Assembly: GCF_018350175.1 (NCBI RefSeq)
Contig: NC_058371.1
Location: 868,001 to 932,000 of the forward strand
Length of the DNA stretch: 64,000 nt
Reading direction: 5' to 3'
Source of the DNA: Felis catus
Lineage: Eukaryota
Shown here: one piece after another, positions 11,996 through 25,230 of the stretch
Layout of the letters: each line of letters opens with the position of its first letter
Numbering within the stretch: position 1 is the stretch's first letter
The notes under the pieces: generated by a model
Database searches by the model: none
The model's input: only the letters and a program-made list of their open reading frames with translations
Told to the model about the DNA's origin: nothing
Position numbers and translations under genes: made by a program

Positions 11996-12865
11996 GGTTT
12001 TCGGGTTTGCTGGAGTCAGGTCGTTCATAACCTTCCCTCATCTTGCTTTCAGTATCTGAGCACCTGTGACTGTGTGTTGCTCCTGTTAGGGATGCCGTGA
12101 GTTTGAATGTTCTCTGCTTCTGTCCTCCCCAATCAATGCTGCCAATTTTAATGATCTCAATGAACCAGATTTTACGTCATTGATTTTCAGCATTATTTTT
12201 ACATGTTCTGTTTCTCCCATAAGCCTTCTGGTTGTGATTCTTTCCTTTCTTCTACTTCCTTTGGTTTCAGTTTGCTTTGATTGATTCGCTTTTTTTTTCT
12301 TTTTTAAAGATTGAAGATGTGGTGAGTGATTTGAGACTCCCCCCTCCCTGATAGATGTTTAGTGTTGTGAATTTCCCTGAGAATGTTACCTTGTTGGGCG
12401 CCGAAGATTGTGTTTCTATAAATGTTCTTGAGAGGTGGTGAATCACACGGAAAGAGTATGGCGCTTTGGGTTTTGCGGGGTGAGCTGTCAGAAGCCCTTT
12501 CTCCCCTGCCCCCTCCGTGGGACTGGCCTGGCCCTGGCCTAGACGAGCTGCCCACTGTCCACTCTCTGGGCCTTGGGTTTCACTCGGCCATGTGGCTCCC
12601 ATCTGTGTTCTTAGAATTTCCTTAATGATTTTGCTGTGTAGGTGGAATGTTCTTGTTTTCCAGCTGTGTTAGGGATTTATTCCCTTTTACCCACCCCTGG
12701 CCTTTCTATGGATTTGCAGAAGGAGAGGGAGCCAAATGGGGACTCCTCCTCCCCACCTGGGTCCCGTCTTTTTCAGCTGCTCTGTTCTGCCAGTGCAGAG
12801 ACTTGTGTCCCCTCCCAGGTGGCCGTTCCAAATTCCACGGGGAGGCCTCTGCCTCCCTTTTTATC

Positions 12866-13066
12866 GATCATTCTCAGGTAGGGCAGTTTTGCCCCCATGG
12901 CCATGGGCATTAGCAGTGTCCAGAGAGATTTCTGGTGTTCACAACACGGGGAGGGTGCTGCTGGCATCTGGTGGGTCAAGGCCACGATGCTGTAATCATC
13001 CCTCAGTGCATCATGAGGACTGGTTTGGTCCAAACGTCGTAAGAGACAAGGTTCAGGAACCTCGCT
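12866..13066 (+). mobile_element. MER20 (hAT-Charlie MITE)
   Basis: ttttgccccc...cacaac...gggtgctgctggcatctggtgggtcaaggccacgatgctg. Confidence 0.7.
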
Positions 13067-14315
13067 TTACTTTTATGATCTAACCTGTCCTACTTAGGTG
13101 TCTTTGAGAGGTTGAATGTTAAAGGAGACGAATAATGTGGTCTTGTGGAGAACCGCTTCTCTTCAGGGGGAGGATTTGCTCAGGAGCTCTCAGGGCTTTG
13201 ATCGGTTTGCATGCAGATTCATGTAGATACATTATATTTAAAATGTACATTCGGACTTTTTGGGATAACAATAAAATTTTTTTTGAAACAACCTGTTGGA
13301 ATTATTAACATGCTTATCTTCTCATCGTGTAATCGCGTAATTGCATCGGTAACCCTGACATTGGTAACTATTGCAACCCTCACGCAGGATTTGGAACAGT
13401 AGTTATATTTATGTTGTTCTCAGACAAGGACAAGAGCAGGCTGTGGTTTGATATTTGTCTCATTTAAAGTAAGGGAAAAATTATAGAAAGGGTTCTTAGC
13501 TTTGCTGCTGAATCAAGCCACAGTAATTCTGAATGTAGGAATCTAGTTTATTTTGCAAAAGAAAACTCACTCTTCTCAAGGTAACTATGAATAGATCTAT
13601 GTTGCTCTGAGACAAAGATTTATAGGAAGGGAAGCAAAATGGTCCTAAATGTGTATATGCAGTACACTCATGCTTCACAAAACAGCCCTCTGTTAAAGCA
13701 TTATTTGTTTTCTTTGGGTAGAGTCATCGGTTTTTAGCTAGGGTTTTGGTTAACCAATGTTTTTCTTTATTAAGCATATGGATTCAGTTTGGTTTAACTG
13801 TTTACTGGGCTAAACCTACTCTAGGTTTTGTTCTTTCCTTCCTCCCTTATTAGCAAGAAAGCCAGGAGGGCACTCGTATCCCCTGTCCTGTTGGTGGAGA
13901 ATCCAGTTCTGGTGTAAGGGTGAATGGAGGCGGGGTGTGGACAGGTGACCAGTGTTTGCTTGGCAGTGGGAAACCCAAGTTCTCGTTCAGATTCGTCCAT
14001 AACTCTTCCTTGTCTGTGGCAGACTCCCTTCCTGTGTGTGTCCCCCTTCACCATTCCTGTAATGGGGGGGCTGGAGTCCTCAGTTCTCACGGTCAGATCA
14101 CACACCTGCCAGGATTTCACACATGGATGATGAGTATCTAGCACTTTTGTTATTAGTTTAACCTTCTTAGTTCAGCAAGTATATTTGTGTTAAACATAAA
14201 TTATACAGATTATTTGTGGGAGTACCTTCTATCTAGCTAATTCAGAGATTTACCTGTAGAAATTATGAATGCCATAATTGTAAATTGTTTTAAGGTATTT
14301 GTCTCTTCCTTTTTA

Positions 14316-14745
14316 TTTATATATTAATTAAAAAAATTTATGTGTGTGAGAGAGAGAGCATGTGCACACACAAGCAGGAGAGGGAGTGTTAAACAGGCTC
14401 TATGCTCAGCATGGAGCCCGACATGGGGCTTGATCCCCACGACCCTGGGATCATGACCAGAGCCAAAATCAAGAGTTGGACACTCAAGGGGCGCCTGTGT
14501 GGCTTAGTCGGTTAAGCGTCTGACTTTGGCTCAGGTCACGATCTCACGGTTTGTGAGTTCGAGCCCCGCGTCCGGCTCTGTGCAGACAGCTCAGAGCCTG
14601 GAACCTGTTTCGGATTCTGTGTCTCCCTTTCTCTCTACCCCTCCCCTGCTCATGTTCTGTCTCTCTCTGTCTCTCAAATAAATGTAAAAGAAAAAATTAA
14701 AAAAAAGAGTTGGACACTCAACCAATTGAGCAACCCAGGTGCCCC
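14316..14745 (-). mobile_element. Older Can-SINE split by a nested younger SINE
   Basis: 16-bp TSD tgtctcttccttttta at 14300-14315 and 14746-14761. Confidence 0.92.
14488..14704 (+). mobile_element. Felid Can-SINE (SINEC_Fc2-like) nested in an antisense SINE
   Basis: 17-bp perfect TSD aagagttggacactcaa at 14471-14487 and 14705-14721. Confidence 0.95.
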
Positions 14746-15544
14746 TGTCTCTTCCTTTTTAAAAACGATGCCAGCAATATATCTTACCATGGAAAAATTG
14801 GCATAAATAAAATTAGCATAAGTAAAACAAAAATTCAGAGATGGTCATTGTTGACATGTTGGTTTACTTTTCATATTTTCCTATGTCCTTATATGTATGT
14901 AACCACAATTTGTTTTAATAAAATGATTGTACGAATTATTTCAATAGCAGATGTCTTAACAAATTAATGCAGTGTATTATTGGCAACTCTCCTTGTCTAT
15001 AACAATATTTAAAAATATTTTAATGGTGTTGAAGCATGCCATGGTACAGGCAGCCTCTCAGGTCGGCAGACGTGTTCGGTTCTCTGGTCATGTAAATAAG
15101 GTCGGCACAAATTACCGTGCCTCGCCTAATTATTCTCTTAGGATAAATTTGTGAACTTAAAAGGTTTCCAAAGGTGGGAAGATTTTAAAGATTTTCAGCA
15201 TACCTTTCAAATGTGGTATTTACAAAAACACACCTGTATGTCCTCTCCCAAGAGCACACACTCAACAACGTTTGCTTTTTACATTTTCTTTATAATTACG
15301 GGCTTGACAGGTGATCTGCATTTGGCAGTTTGTTTACTTAGGTTAGCGGCTCTGTTGCATGTATTTTTTTTCCTACTTTCCCTTTTGGTTGATGTGTAAA
15401 TGGCACGGCATAGGGTCTTTTCCTCATGCCAGTATTACTAGGATGTTTATTTTACTCATGCCAGTATTATTAGGATGTCTATTTTGAAATCCAAACCATG
15501 AGATATTAACTGTTTTCATGTATTTATGATCCAAATATTGTTTA

Positions 15545-15763
15545 AACTTTTTAAAAATTTTATTTATTTTTGAGAGAGAGAGCGAGCGAGCGAGCGTGTA
15601 TGTGCATGAGCAGAGGAGGGGCAGAGAGAGAGGGGGACAGAGGATCCGAAGTGGGCTCTAAGCTGTCAGCACAGAGCCCGATGCAGGGCTGGAACCCATG
15701 AGTCGGAAGATCATGATCTGAGCTGAAGTTGGGGCTCAACCAACTGAACCACCCAGGTGCACC
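15545..15763 (-). mobile_element. Felid Can-SINE
   Basis: Reverse SINE; TSD-like ccaaata..gttt. Confidence 0.9.
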
Positions 15764-16246
15764 CCAAATAGTTTTTTGCTTCTCACATTGCCATTTCACC
15801 TTCAACTCTTATGATATATATATTTATATATATATAAGAGTAAGTTGTCATGCAGTCATGTCTTTGAATGTATTCCCTCATGATTTCTGTCTTCGGGGAA
15901 CACTTAAAAAGCCTTTCTTTGCCAAAATTTGCATAAACATTTAGCCATATTTCACTTTCACATTTTATTTCGGCTTTTACTTTCTTTAATTCTTCTGGAT
16001 TTATTTTGGTTTCCGTATAAAGTGAAGGCTGTACGTCTGCCACTAAGTGGCTAACCAGACATTGGAATATAATTTCCTGAGAAATGATGCTGTTGCGTTT
16101 TCTCATACCGGATTATCTTTATATTTGGGGAAAATGCCAATTGAGGTAGACTCTTCTATCACTATCCCCTTTCCGTTGACCTCTGTGGGTAAGCATTTAT
16201 GTTAAAGCTTTTTATTTGTTTGCAAAGTGCCTGTTGAGTTCACAAC

Positions 16247-16249
<3 letters not shown>

Positions 16250-16289
<40 letters not shown>
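16250..16289. repeat. (TG)20 microsatellite
   Basis: Perfect dinucleotide run. Confidence 0.95.
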
Positions 16290-16293
<4 letters not shown>

Positions 16294-16770
16294 AACGATG
16301 ATCCCTGAAAGATGGTGTTTGGCTTTTGGGAAAATCCTAACTGTGACAACACCGTGTGATCATGTTGTTTGGAGGAACTGGCCAGGACAGTCCATTGGAG
16401 ACGGGCTTCTCTTTCTTCCTGAAGTCAGTTCTTTGTGATGAGTGACGTCTACAGGGCACCTGCTCGCTCCAGTGTTGTACGTGAGGGCGTTCACCCGACT
16501 CTCAGGTTGATGTAGACACAGTTACAGACCCAACAGGCATCTTCGATGGCCACCCTGTAGTTGCAGCGGCAAGATGGGGATTAGACAGGTCCATGTGGGA
16601 GTACTTCTTACCATATTTCTTTTTCTAATGCTACATGTGTAATCAACGCAGATACCTGACAGTGTTCTGTAGCGGTGATATGGCCAAATTACTCATAGGA
16701 TGTTTGGGTAGGCATAGCACTAGAGTAAGCATTTTATTGCCCTTATCCAGAGAGAATTTGGGTCTTTTTA

Positions 16771-17195
16771 TGTAACAGATTACCACGAACTTGTTGGCTT
16801 AAAACACATAAATCTGTTGTCTCGGAGTTCTGTAGGTCAGGCATCTGGCACAGTCTCGCTGGGCTGAAAGCAAGATGTCCACAGGGCGGGCTCCTTATGG
16901 AGGTTCCAGTGGGGAATCTATTCCTTACACTTTCCAGCTTCTAGAGGCACCCACATGCACTCCCTGGTTCTTGCCTGCTGGCTGCAGCCTCATGCCTCTC
17001 ACACGTCCCTCTCTCTGGTCCTCTGAGCTAGGAAACGGTTTCTGCTTTCATGGACGCCTGTGATTATCTTGGGATTATGTCCTCACCTTGAGACCCCGAA
17101 TCCCACGTGCAAAATCCCTTTTGTATTCAAGGTACCATGTTGGCAAGTTCTGGGATTAGCCTGTGGGCGTCTTTGGGGCCATCATTGTGTTGCCA
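16771..17195 (-). mobile_element. MaLR LTR (MLT1C/D-like)
   Basis: tgtaacagattaccac...ggcttaaaacac...ttctgtaggtcag...tttccagcttctagaggc...ttctgggattag. Confidence 0.75.
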
Positions 17196-17383
17196 TGATA
17201 TTTATGTGTAATTTAAATTTGTGCTTCACTTTCCTCTCTGGAGATTTTATTTTTTACCTTGACCTTGAATAAAATTGCTACATTTCCTGGAAAAATGGTT
17301 GCGAAGTGTAAGTTTTTTCTCTTTTATCTGTATTTATCTATTTTCAGGATGTAACAAGGTTACCTTCTTTACCATTAAAAAAG

Positions 17384-17602
17384 TTTTTTTAGTGTTTATT
17401 CTGTTTTGAGAGAGAGAGAGACAGAGAGAGACAGAGTGTAAGCGGGGGAGGAACAGAGAGAGAGGGAGACACAGAATCCGAAGCAGCTCCAGGCTCTGAG
17501 CTGTCAGCACAGAGCCTGATGCGGGGCTCGGACTCACAAACTGTGAGATCATGACCTGAGCTGAAGTTGGATGCTTAACCAACTGAGCCACCCAGGTGCC
17601 CC
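17384..17602 (-). mobile_element. Felid Can-SINE (SINEC_Fc2-like)
   Basis: gagacacagaatccgaagcagctccaggctctgagctgtcagcacagagcc...gagccacccaggtgcccc. Confidence 0.93.
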
Positions 17603-18539
17603 TTTAGCATTTTTAAAGTAGTAGAAAAAATTGTTTATTGAGGCTGATGATCCTTCAGTAGGACCTGGATTTGTAATTTTATTATCAGTGTGATGGGCTT
17701 ACCTTTTTCTATGACATGTATAGACATAATTAAGATGTTGCCCTGATTAAGAATGAAATAACTGAAGGATAGGATTCATTAATGTTTTTAATGAACATTA
17801 ATTCATTAATGTTAAAGAGAATTCCGGTGTGAATTACTTGCCCCCGATCCATCAAGGTTGGTGAGCACATGAAGATCCATCTCCGGATGGAGTTATATTT
17901 AGTGATTTTGTCACTTGCCCCTCAAAACAGTCTTGGATCGACCGCAGGAGCACAGGCTGAGGAGTCAGGACAGGAACATGTTTATCGAACAGCGTGTTAG
18001 GTACTGAAGGAACGTTCTGGGCTGGTGCCTGCCTCTTGGGTTTGACAGAGCTGCAGGCACATGTGGGGCGCTTCAAGTGCAAGCAGATGAGCAGTGGAGA
18101 AAAAAGACAGACGGGAGGAACAAACCAGTCTCGTTTTAGGAAGCCTGTGAGTGGTTCTGGGCGGATATAGGCTGAGGGGCGCTTTTCTTGTTTTCTAACG
18201 CCACGAACATGTTATTCAGGACATTGTTGTTGGAACGAACGAACTATTTTTAGTTTAAAAATATGGTTGTAAATTTCCTTGCTCTGTGCCGCGTATCTGC
18301 ATTTTAGCTTGTGTTTGCTTAGAGGAGTTGGGTCTTTTTGCCTTAAAAAAAGATCTGTCCTCCTCTACCAAATTGCTGTAAAGAAAGAAAAGCTTTCAGA
18401 AATACAGCTTTGGGATCATATCCTTGTTGCCCGAGCTCTCCTGCCTGTGTGGGTTAGAACACTATCATCCTGATGGTTTTGTTTGTTGGTTCTTCCCAAA
18501 TGTGCTCTCCTTTATTTTTCTAAAGTTATTTAAAAAACT

Positions 18540-18658
18540 GGGGTGCCTGGGTGACTCAGTTGAGTTTCCCACTCTTGATTTCAGCTCAGGTCATGATCCC
18601 AGGATTGTGGGATCGAGCCCCACATCGGGCTCCACGCTTAGCATGAAGCCTGGTTGGG

Positions 18659-18716
<58 letters not shown>

Positions 18717-18766
18717 CTATCCCTGCTCTCTGTCTTCCTCTCTCTCAATTAAAAAAAAAAAAAAAA
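18540..18766 (+). mobile_element. Can-SINE with an expanded internal (TC)n of about 26 units (18660-18713)
   Basis: SINE head, long perfect TC run, A tail; TSD-like atttaaa(a/g)aact. Confidence 0.9.
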
Positions 18767-18822
18767 GATTTAAAGAACTTAAAGATTGAGACTTCATTAA
18801 CTCAGGCATGGCTGTCACATTC

Positions 18823-18958
18823 AGTGTTGTGTGTGTTTGTGTATTTGTGTGAGAAGGTATGTATCCTTGTGTATGAATGTCAACATTTGTGTGAACAGCT
18901 GTGTGTCTATTTGTGTGAGCAGGTGTGTATCTGTGTGTGTGTGTATACATGCGTGTGC
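18823..18958. repeat. Degenerate TG-rich simple repeat
   Basis: Interrupted (TG)n. Confidence 0.8.
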
Positions 18959-21190
18959 TCCATGAGGGCAGGCGCGAGATCTCTGATCAGGGCCGTTAGT
19001 ATTCGATGAACTTCGTCCACACAAGTGAGTAGTCATGTGACATGAGGAATGTATTTAAAATATTAGCTAGTATCGTAAGCATTTCAATTTTTCTTTAAAT
19101 CCTTAAAGTGTTCCCTACTTCTGTTGCATATTGCTTCTCAAGTCTAGTAAGCAGTGTGTGAGGTTTGAAATGTCATTCTCCAGACACATTCTGGAGAAAT
19201 AGATGAAAAATCGAGGTGATGTTAAAGGACCCTGGCCACGCCCTCGCCCGGCCACTGCGTCCCCTCCCCACTGCCTTCTCCCCGTGTGTCTGTCACATGA
19301 GTGACGTAGAGCCGCGTGCTCACATCTGCCTCCCCGAGACCCTGCAGCAGGCAGAGGGCGTTTTCTGGCCCACACGGCTAAGAAAGCCATGGCTCTCCCG
19401 GGGAGTCATTTGGTATGATTTCCGGGTGTGGTCGGTGCCGGTTCTTCCCAGGAACTTTGGGTTTGCCGTGTGCGAGCTTGGACTGAGAGCTCCTGTCTCC
19501 ATGCTTGGTCGAGTCGCCAGATTCTTCAGATGCTTAGAGAACGGTAAGATAATCAGCACGTTTGTGGTTGTGGCTTGCACACACTCCTCCCTGTGCCAGC
19601 CGGTCCCTGTGACGGGCCGACTTCTGCACAGGACGCCCCAGACTCGTTGTGGTGCACGGTGCTCACATGCGATGTTTATGCACTTCCCGCGTGAGTGTAT
19701 TAGCCGCAGACCTGCTCTCGTTTTGTTCGGGACACGTTTCCTTCCTCTGACGACTCTGTCTCCAGCAGGACGAATACGTCTGTACTTACATAAGAAAATA
19801 AACACCTAGATTTAAAGAACCATCTGTAACAACAGAACAGACCAGTAACACAACAGCTGTGTTGTTCTTAAGAACTTTTCTCTCTGGTCTTAAATTTAGA
19901 CACAGTTACCCCACAGACACTAACTGGGAGGAAATGGAACACACGGCAGGAGCCCGGCCCTGTGGTCATTTGACGCGGCTCGCGTTCACAGCTAGATGCC
20001 ATGGTGCTCATGCTCCTGGAACCCACAGTCCTCGAGGCAGACGGACGGCCTCTGCCTCGCCTGTCTTTCCTGTGGGGCGGCCAGTGTGCGACATGCCCGT
20101 CCCTCGGTCCTGCCGCTCACAGCAGAGCCATCGGCATCCTGAGATGGGTCTTGTGACCTGTCACATCGCTGGGAATGATAACAGTTGTGAAGTTTCCACT
20201 TGTGAAGGGTCTGGCCTCTGGTCAGTCACTGTAGGTTGCTGTTTGGACTGGTAAACGTGTTTGCTGGAGTGTAGATGGTGGGTGGCGTCACTAAAGAGAC
20301 TTTGGATTAGGCCTTTGCCCTGAATATACTTTGATTAATGTCCTGCCTGGAGCTCAGTGCAGACGGCAGACGTGCAGACAGACGCGCGGACACGTGGGCT
20401 GTGTTTCCAGGCCTCTTGCTGGGAGGTTCATCTGCAGTGTGTGGGGAGGGGACCCTGGGGGAGTTCCTGTGAGGGGCCTTCACCAGCCGTGCCCGGGCCG
20501 TGTGCTCCCATGGGCACTGAGGCAGCAGGTGCCCGAGGGACTCCTCTGAGTCATGGGGGAGGAATCGGGCCTGTGTGGGGCTCAGTTAACCCGAGAGCGA
20601 ATGTGTACGTGTGAGCTCCAGGAACCCCCAGCTCCCTGTCTGCCGTGTGTTTGTGGCTGTGAGATGGGGGTGCTGTCAGGGGAGTGGAGGCAGTGAGCCT
20701 ACAGCGTTTATAGGGCTCCTGTAATGCTGTCGAGCGCTGTGGAACCAGCTGCTGCTTCCAAGTTTTGACGCCTTCCCTTGAAGCTCTACCAGCTTGTCCT
20801 GGGGTCGCTCCGTCGCTCCCTTGGAACCAGGGTCCCCGCAGAATGAGAGGGCGGGCTCATCGAAGACAACAGTTGGACTTGATTGTGTTTGTATCCTTGG
20901 CACTCTCCCTGGTGCCTGACACGCCATAAATCTTCTCATTGAATTTATTAAACACCAGTTTCGACCAAGACTACAAACTCAAACTCCATGAAAACACTGG
21001 AGGATGTAATATTTAAACATCTGAGGGTCCTTCCTGCAAAATGCATGCCGCGTGTTTATCATCACTCTCCCTGAGAACATGGCGCTGTGCGATGGAGTTT
21101 TACTTGCTTAGTTGGCTTGAGGTTGAGCCACGTCCCCCTGGTGTGCCTTCCTTCCCCTGCCGGAGAAGAGCCAGATACACTGCGGGAATT

Positions 21191-21192
<2 letters not shown>

Positions 21193-21224
<32 letters not shown>
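21193..21224. repeat. (GT)16 microsatellite
   Basis: Perfect run. Confidence 0.95.
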
Positions 21225-21225
<1 letters not shown>

Positions 21226-21643
21226 GCACATGTGTTAGGAGAGCTTCCCTCACGTAGAGATGGTGTTGTGGCGGGTGATGGAAACAGCCAGCCGCACGCA
21301 GGCCCCTGGAGGGATCCCAGACATACTCGGTAGAGTCTAGGCTACACTCACGGTCACGTCTCCTTGTCCTTCTCCTGCACTTCTTCCCTGTGTCTCCCCC
21401 AAACTAACGTGCAGATGCCCTGACGTCCAGCTAAAGCCTGATGTTAATTATGGCTCTTACTTTATAGTAGTTGCTGATTTTTTAATAGGAAAAGTGGTCC
21501 CGAATCTGCGTTGGTGATGCTCAACCCTAACCGTGTTCAGGAGTCCCGTGGTGAGGGCAGGATAACTCAGATTCTGGTTCACCTGTCGTGCGGTGGGGCC
21601 CCGGCATCCGCATGTTTGATACCTCCTTGAAAATTCTAGAGCA

Positions 21644-21857
21644 GGGGGCGCCTGGGTGGCCCAGCTGGTTGAGCGTCCAACTCTTGATCTCAGCTCAGGT
21701 CAGGATCTCGTGGTTTGTAGGTTTGGGCCCTGTGTCAGGCTCTGTGCTGATAGCTCAGACCTGCTTGGGATTCTGTCTCTCCCTCTCTCTGCCTTTTCCC
21801 TTCTCATGCTCGCTCTCTGTCTCTCTCCCAAAATAAATAAATGAACTTGAAAAAAAA
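21644..21857 (+). mobile_element. Can-SINE (probably inserted in a MER5-like relic)
   Basis: ggggcgcctgggtggc...ctcttgatctcagctcaggtc...aaaataaataaa. Confidence 0.9.
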
Positions 21858-22714
21858 GAGGGTTGTGAACCCACCGCACACGAATGAAATAGAGATCTTT
21901 GGGAATTTCATTTAATTTGTAATATACAGTGTTTGATAAGCTTAAGGTAAAAGAAGAAAATACATATCTGTTGACCCATTGTATTTAGCTGTCACAGTTG
22001 GGGTGAGCACTGAGGGACCACTTACAACCTGGAAGAACAGCCATGAAACACTGTCAGCAAGAGGGAGCAGGGGTCTTGTTTGCACAGCGGAGATGGGGGC
22101 CGCTGCTGGAGGGGCCGTGGTCGTGGCTGCTGAGTTTCCTGAGCAGGGGAGGGCCGCTGGCTGGTGCTGCTGTTAGGCCGTGCAGTAGCTGGGGTTCGTT
22201 GTCTCATCGGCCGCTGAGAAATGCCCAGCCATGATGTACGCAGCCCTGGGGTCACTGGGAAAGCTCGCATCCCTTCACTGGCCTTGTGCAGACTTTGTCC
22301 TCCTCGATGGTTGTATGCCAATAAAGCTTTGAGGCCCACCGATGGCCTAACGATCAGGAAGTTGTCGGAACCACACTGTGAACAGAACAACAGAGGCAAA
22401 GTGAAGGCTAGAGAAGATAAACATGCAGAAATATGGTTTGAAGAATTACCCTATGGAGACAATTACCAGGATGTTCTGGCCTCTGCTGTGTTCCTTGTTC
22501 CATGACACACCTTCTGCCCACAGTGACCACTGTCCTGACTTGTGAGCTTATCTCCTTTGTCCCTCAGGTCAGCCTCCACTTGTGCGTCCTGCACTCTGCA
22601 GTGGAGCCCTGGCCTGTTCTCCCTCGAGAAGTCCCTGTGTCTCTCTTACACGTCTCTTCTGGGGCCCTTCAACCCAGACTCTGTCCTGCAGCCTGGATCC
22701 CATGCCCGGGCTAG

Positions 22715-22855
22715 CTGGGTGATGGATGGCCACGGAGAGGGCACTTGTGGGGATGGGCACTGGGGGTCGTATGTAATGATGAAACACCGGGTTCTGCTCC
22801 TGAAACCAGGACTACACTGTATGTTAACTAACTTGTATTTAAGAAATGTTATAAA
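22715..22855 (+). mobile_element. Carnivore L1 extreme 3' fragment
   Basis: gagggcacttgtggggatgggcactgggggt...cctgaaacc...acactgtatgttaactaactt. Confidence 0.75.
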
Positions 22856-22997
22856 GTCACGGATTAAATACATGTCATGTGTTTCAGTTGTTGTGGTGGT
22901 TTAGAGATGCTTGGACTCCCCCGTCTTTGGCTGGGGTGAGTGGGACCTCTTCAGGTTGGGCTGTGAGCCCTTTGACACGACTCCAGAGTCTGTATCT

Positions 22998-23610
22998 TTA
23001 AGTTTGTACTTAAATTCCAGTTAACAGTGTAATATTAATTTAATTTAATTTTTATTTAATTTAATAAAATTAAATTTTATTTAAATTCCAGTTAACAGTG
23101 TAATATTAGGTGTGCGATGTGATTCTGCCTGTCCACACCATACCCGGTGCTCCTCACAGGGGCACCCTTCACCTCCATCATCTATCCTCCCCCATCAACC
23201 TCCTGTCTGGTGACCATCAGTGTGTTCTGAACAGTTAAGAGTCTGTTTCTTGATTTGCCTCTCTCTCTATTTTCCCTTTGCTCATTTGTTTTGTTTCTTA
23301 ATTTCCACATAGGAGTGAAATCAGATGGTATTTGTCTTTTTTTTTACTTATTTTGCTTAGCCTTATAGTTTCTGGATCCATCCGTGTCCTGGCAAATGGC
23401 AGGATTTCATTCTTTTTGATGGCTGAGTAATATTCCGTTGTGTATACATACGTGGTATATATAGCACATCGTCTTTATCCACTCATCAGTCGATGGGCAT
23501 TTGGATTCTCTCCAGAGTTTGGCTGTTGTTGAAAGTGCTGCTGTATACACAGGGGTGCATGTGCCCCTTGGAATTAGTGTCCTTGCATTCTTTGGGTAAA
23601 TACCTAATTC
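22998..23610 (-). mobile_element. Carnivore L1 3' end (L1_Carn-like)
   Basis: ttccctttgctcatttgttttgtttctta...gtgaaatcagatggtatttgtc...ggctgagtaatattcc...gggtaaatacct. Confidence 0.85.
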
Positions 23611-23614
23611 TGTA

Positions 23615-25230
23615 GTCTTTGACAGATGTTCATGGTGTCCCTTTTCTGTCCCAGACTTGGAATTAGCCAGTGTCTAAGGAGCCTTTTTTTTTTTAAGGGA
23701 AAGTGGCATTTCGAGAATACTGTCTTCTCAGGATGCCTGTTGCTACAGGTTAGTCATTTCAGGTTTGTAGGGGCAAAGCTAGGACGAATGTGTTAAGTTG
23801 TAATGATAGACTCCCTGTGTATTCATACTGAGACTTAAAATTCAAGTTCAGGACTCTGGAATTTTTAGTACGCCTCTCCTGTATTGCACACGTATCTGTT
23901 TTCTTCCATGCCGAGAGTCCTGATTTCCAAGAGCACAGGAGATGACAGTTAGAATAACCTATAATTCAGTATCTACTCTACCTCATGCCGTATATACAGC
24001 AGTATTAAAACAACAAGGTGAATACCACCACCATCATGACTGCCAAACACCACTGAAAGTCTTTCATAAGCTCTCACTTTTCTCCATTTTAGATGACGAG
24101 TATTGTCGGCACACCTGTCCATTAAACAGTGTATTCTTCCCACCCTCCTTCCGTCTTTGTTCTCCGCGTCATGTGCTACTTCTGGCTGCCTATCTTTGCC
24201 TCATTCTCTCCGGTTGTGATTTCCTGCAGCACGTTGTCCAGCAGGAAGCTCACGGAAGCTACAATCCTCGAGCTAGTCCGTGTCGCTACCAGTTTTCCTG
24301 AGTCCTTTATACCCGGAGGGCAGTTTTGCCGGAGATAAAAGTGGGCACCTGTTTACTTGTTCCCCCGGAGGTGTTACAGTGTTATTCCACTTTCCTCCAC
24401 TGGTGGTGCTGTTGTGGAGGCCGCTGGCCCAGAATCTTCTTTCCTTTCCAAGTCTCTTATCTTTCTGTCCAGATGCCAGAGGGCTTTAGTGTTTTCAGTG
24501 TTCCATGATGGAATTATATATCATGGCATTAGCTGTTCTGAGTCGGTTTCTCTGGTTCTTTCAATATGTAGCCAAACCCGTTTTTTGGTTAAATTCAGTA
24601 AACTTTTCATGAATTATGTCTGTTCCATGGCTTTAGTTTTCATTTTTGCAGACTTCCGTTGTCCCTTTTTTTGCATCTTCTTTGCCTGCCTTTAATATTT
24701 GGAACTCCCTTTTTGTTTTAAAGTTTCCTTTTCTTCCCACCTCTCTCAATGCATCATTTATTATGTTTATTTATTCTTGTTTCTAGATTCATGGTTTTCT
24801 GAAATGAACTATCATGGATTTCTGTCTCCTCGTTCCTGAGTTCTTCTAATTTTGATTTGCCTGTTCTTTTATGTGTCATATCACTTTCTTAATGGGTTAT
24901 AACGTGTTTAGCATAGTGGGTGGTGGGTTTGAATTACTTTGTGGGCCTGCGTTTCTGGTGCTGTCATTGTGTGGGGGTGTCATTCTGTTCCTTTTTTAAA
25001 AAAACCAATTATTTTTTCAGTTTTATTGAGATGCTGCTCCTTTGCCTCTTACAGTAACGTTGTCGGGCCTGACCTTGATGCTTTTCCACTGCTCATTTTT
25101 GTCACCTGGCTTTTGCTGAGCGTCTGAAGGAGGCTTTTCTCACCCCATGAGCTCTGCCTGCTGTTGTTTGCATGTGGAGTTAAAAATACAACAGCGTGAT
25201 TTCTGAGGTTTCTTGGCTCTGTTTCCGTTC
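23615..25230 (-). mobile_element. Decayed old L1-type sequence
   Basis: T-rich, with L1M-like motifs (ccagacttggaattagcca...aaggagcc); boundaries approximate. Confidence 0.45.

Noticed and set aside
19216-19809. 197-aa + ORF and overlapping 161-aa - ORF
   Set aside because: No recognisable domain or convincing exon structure; expected by chance in GC-rich DNA.
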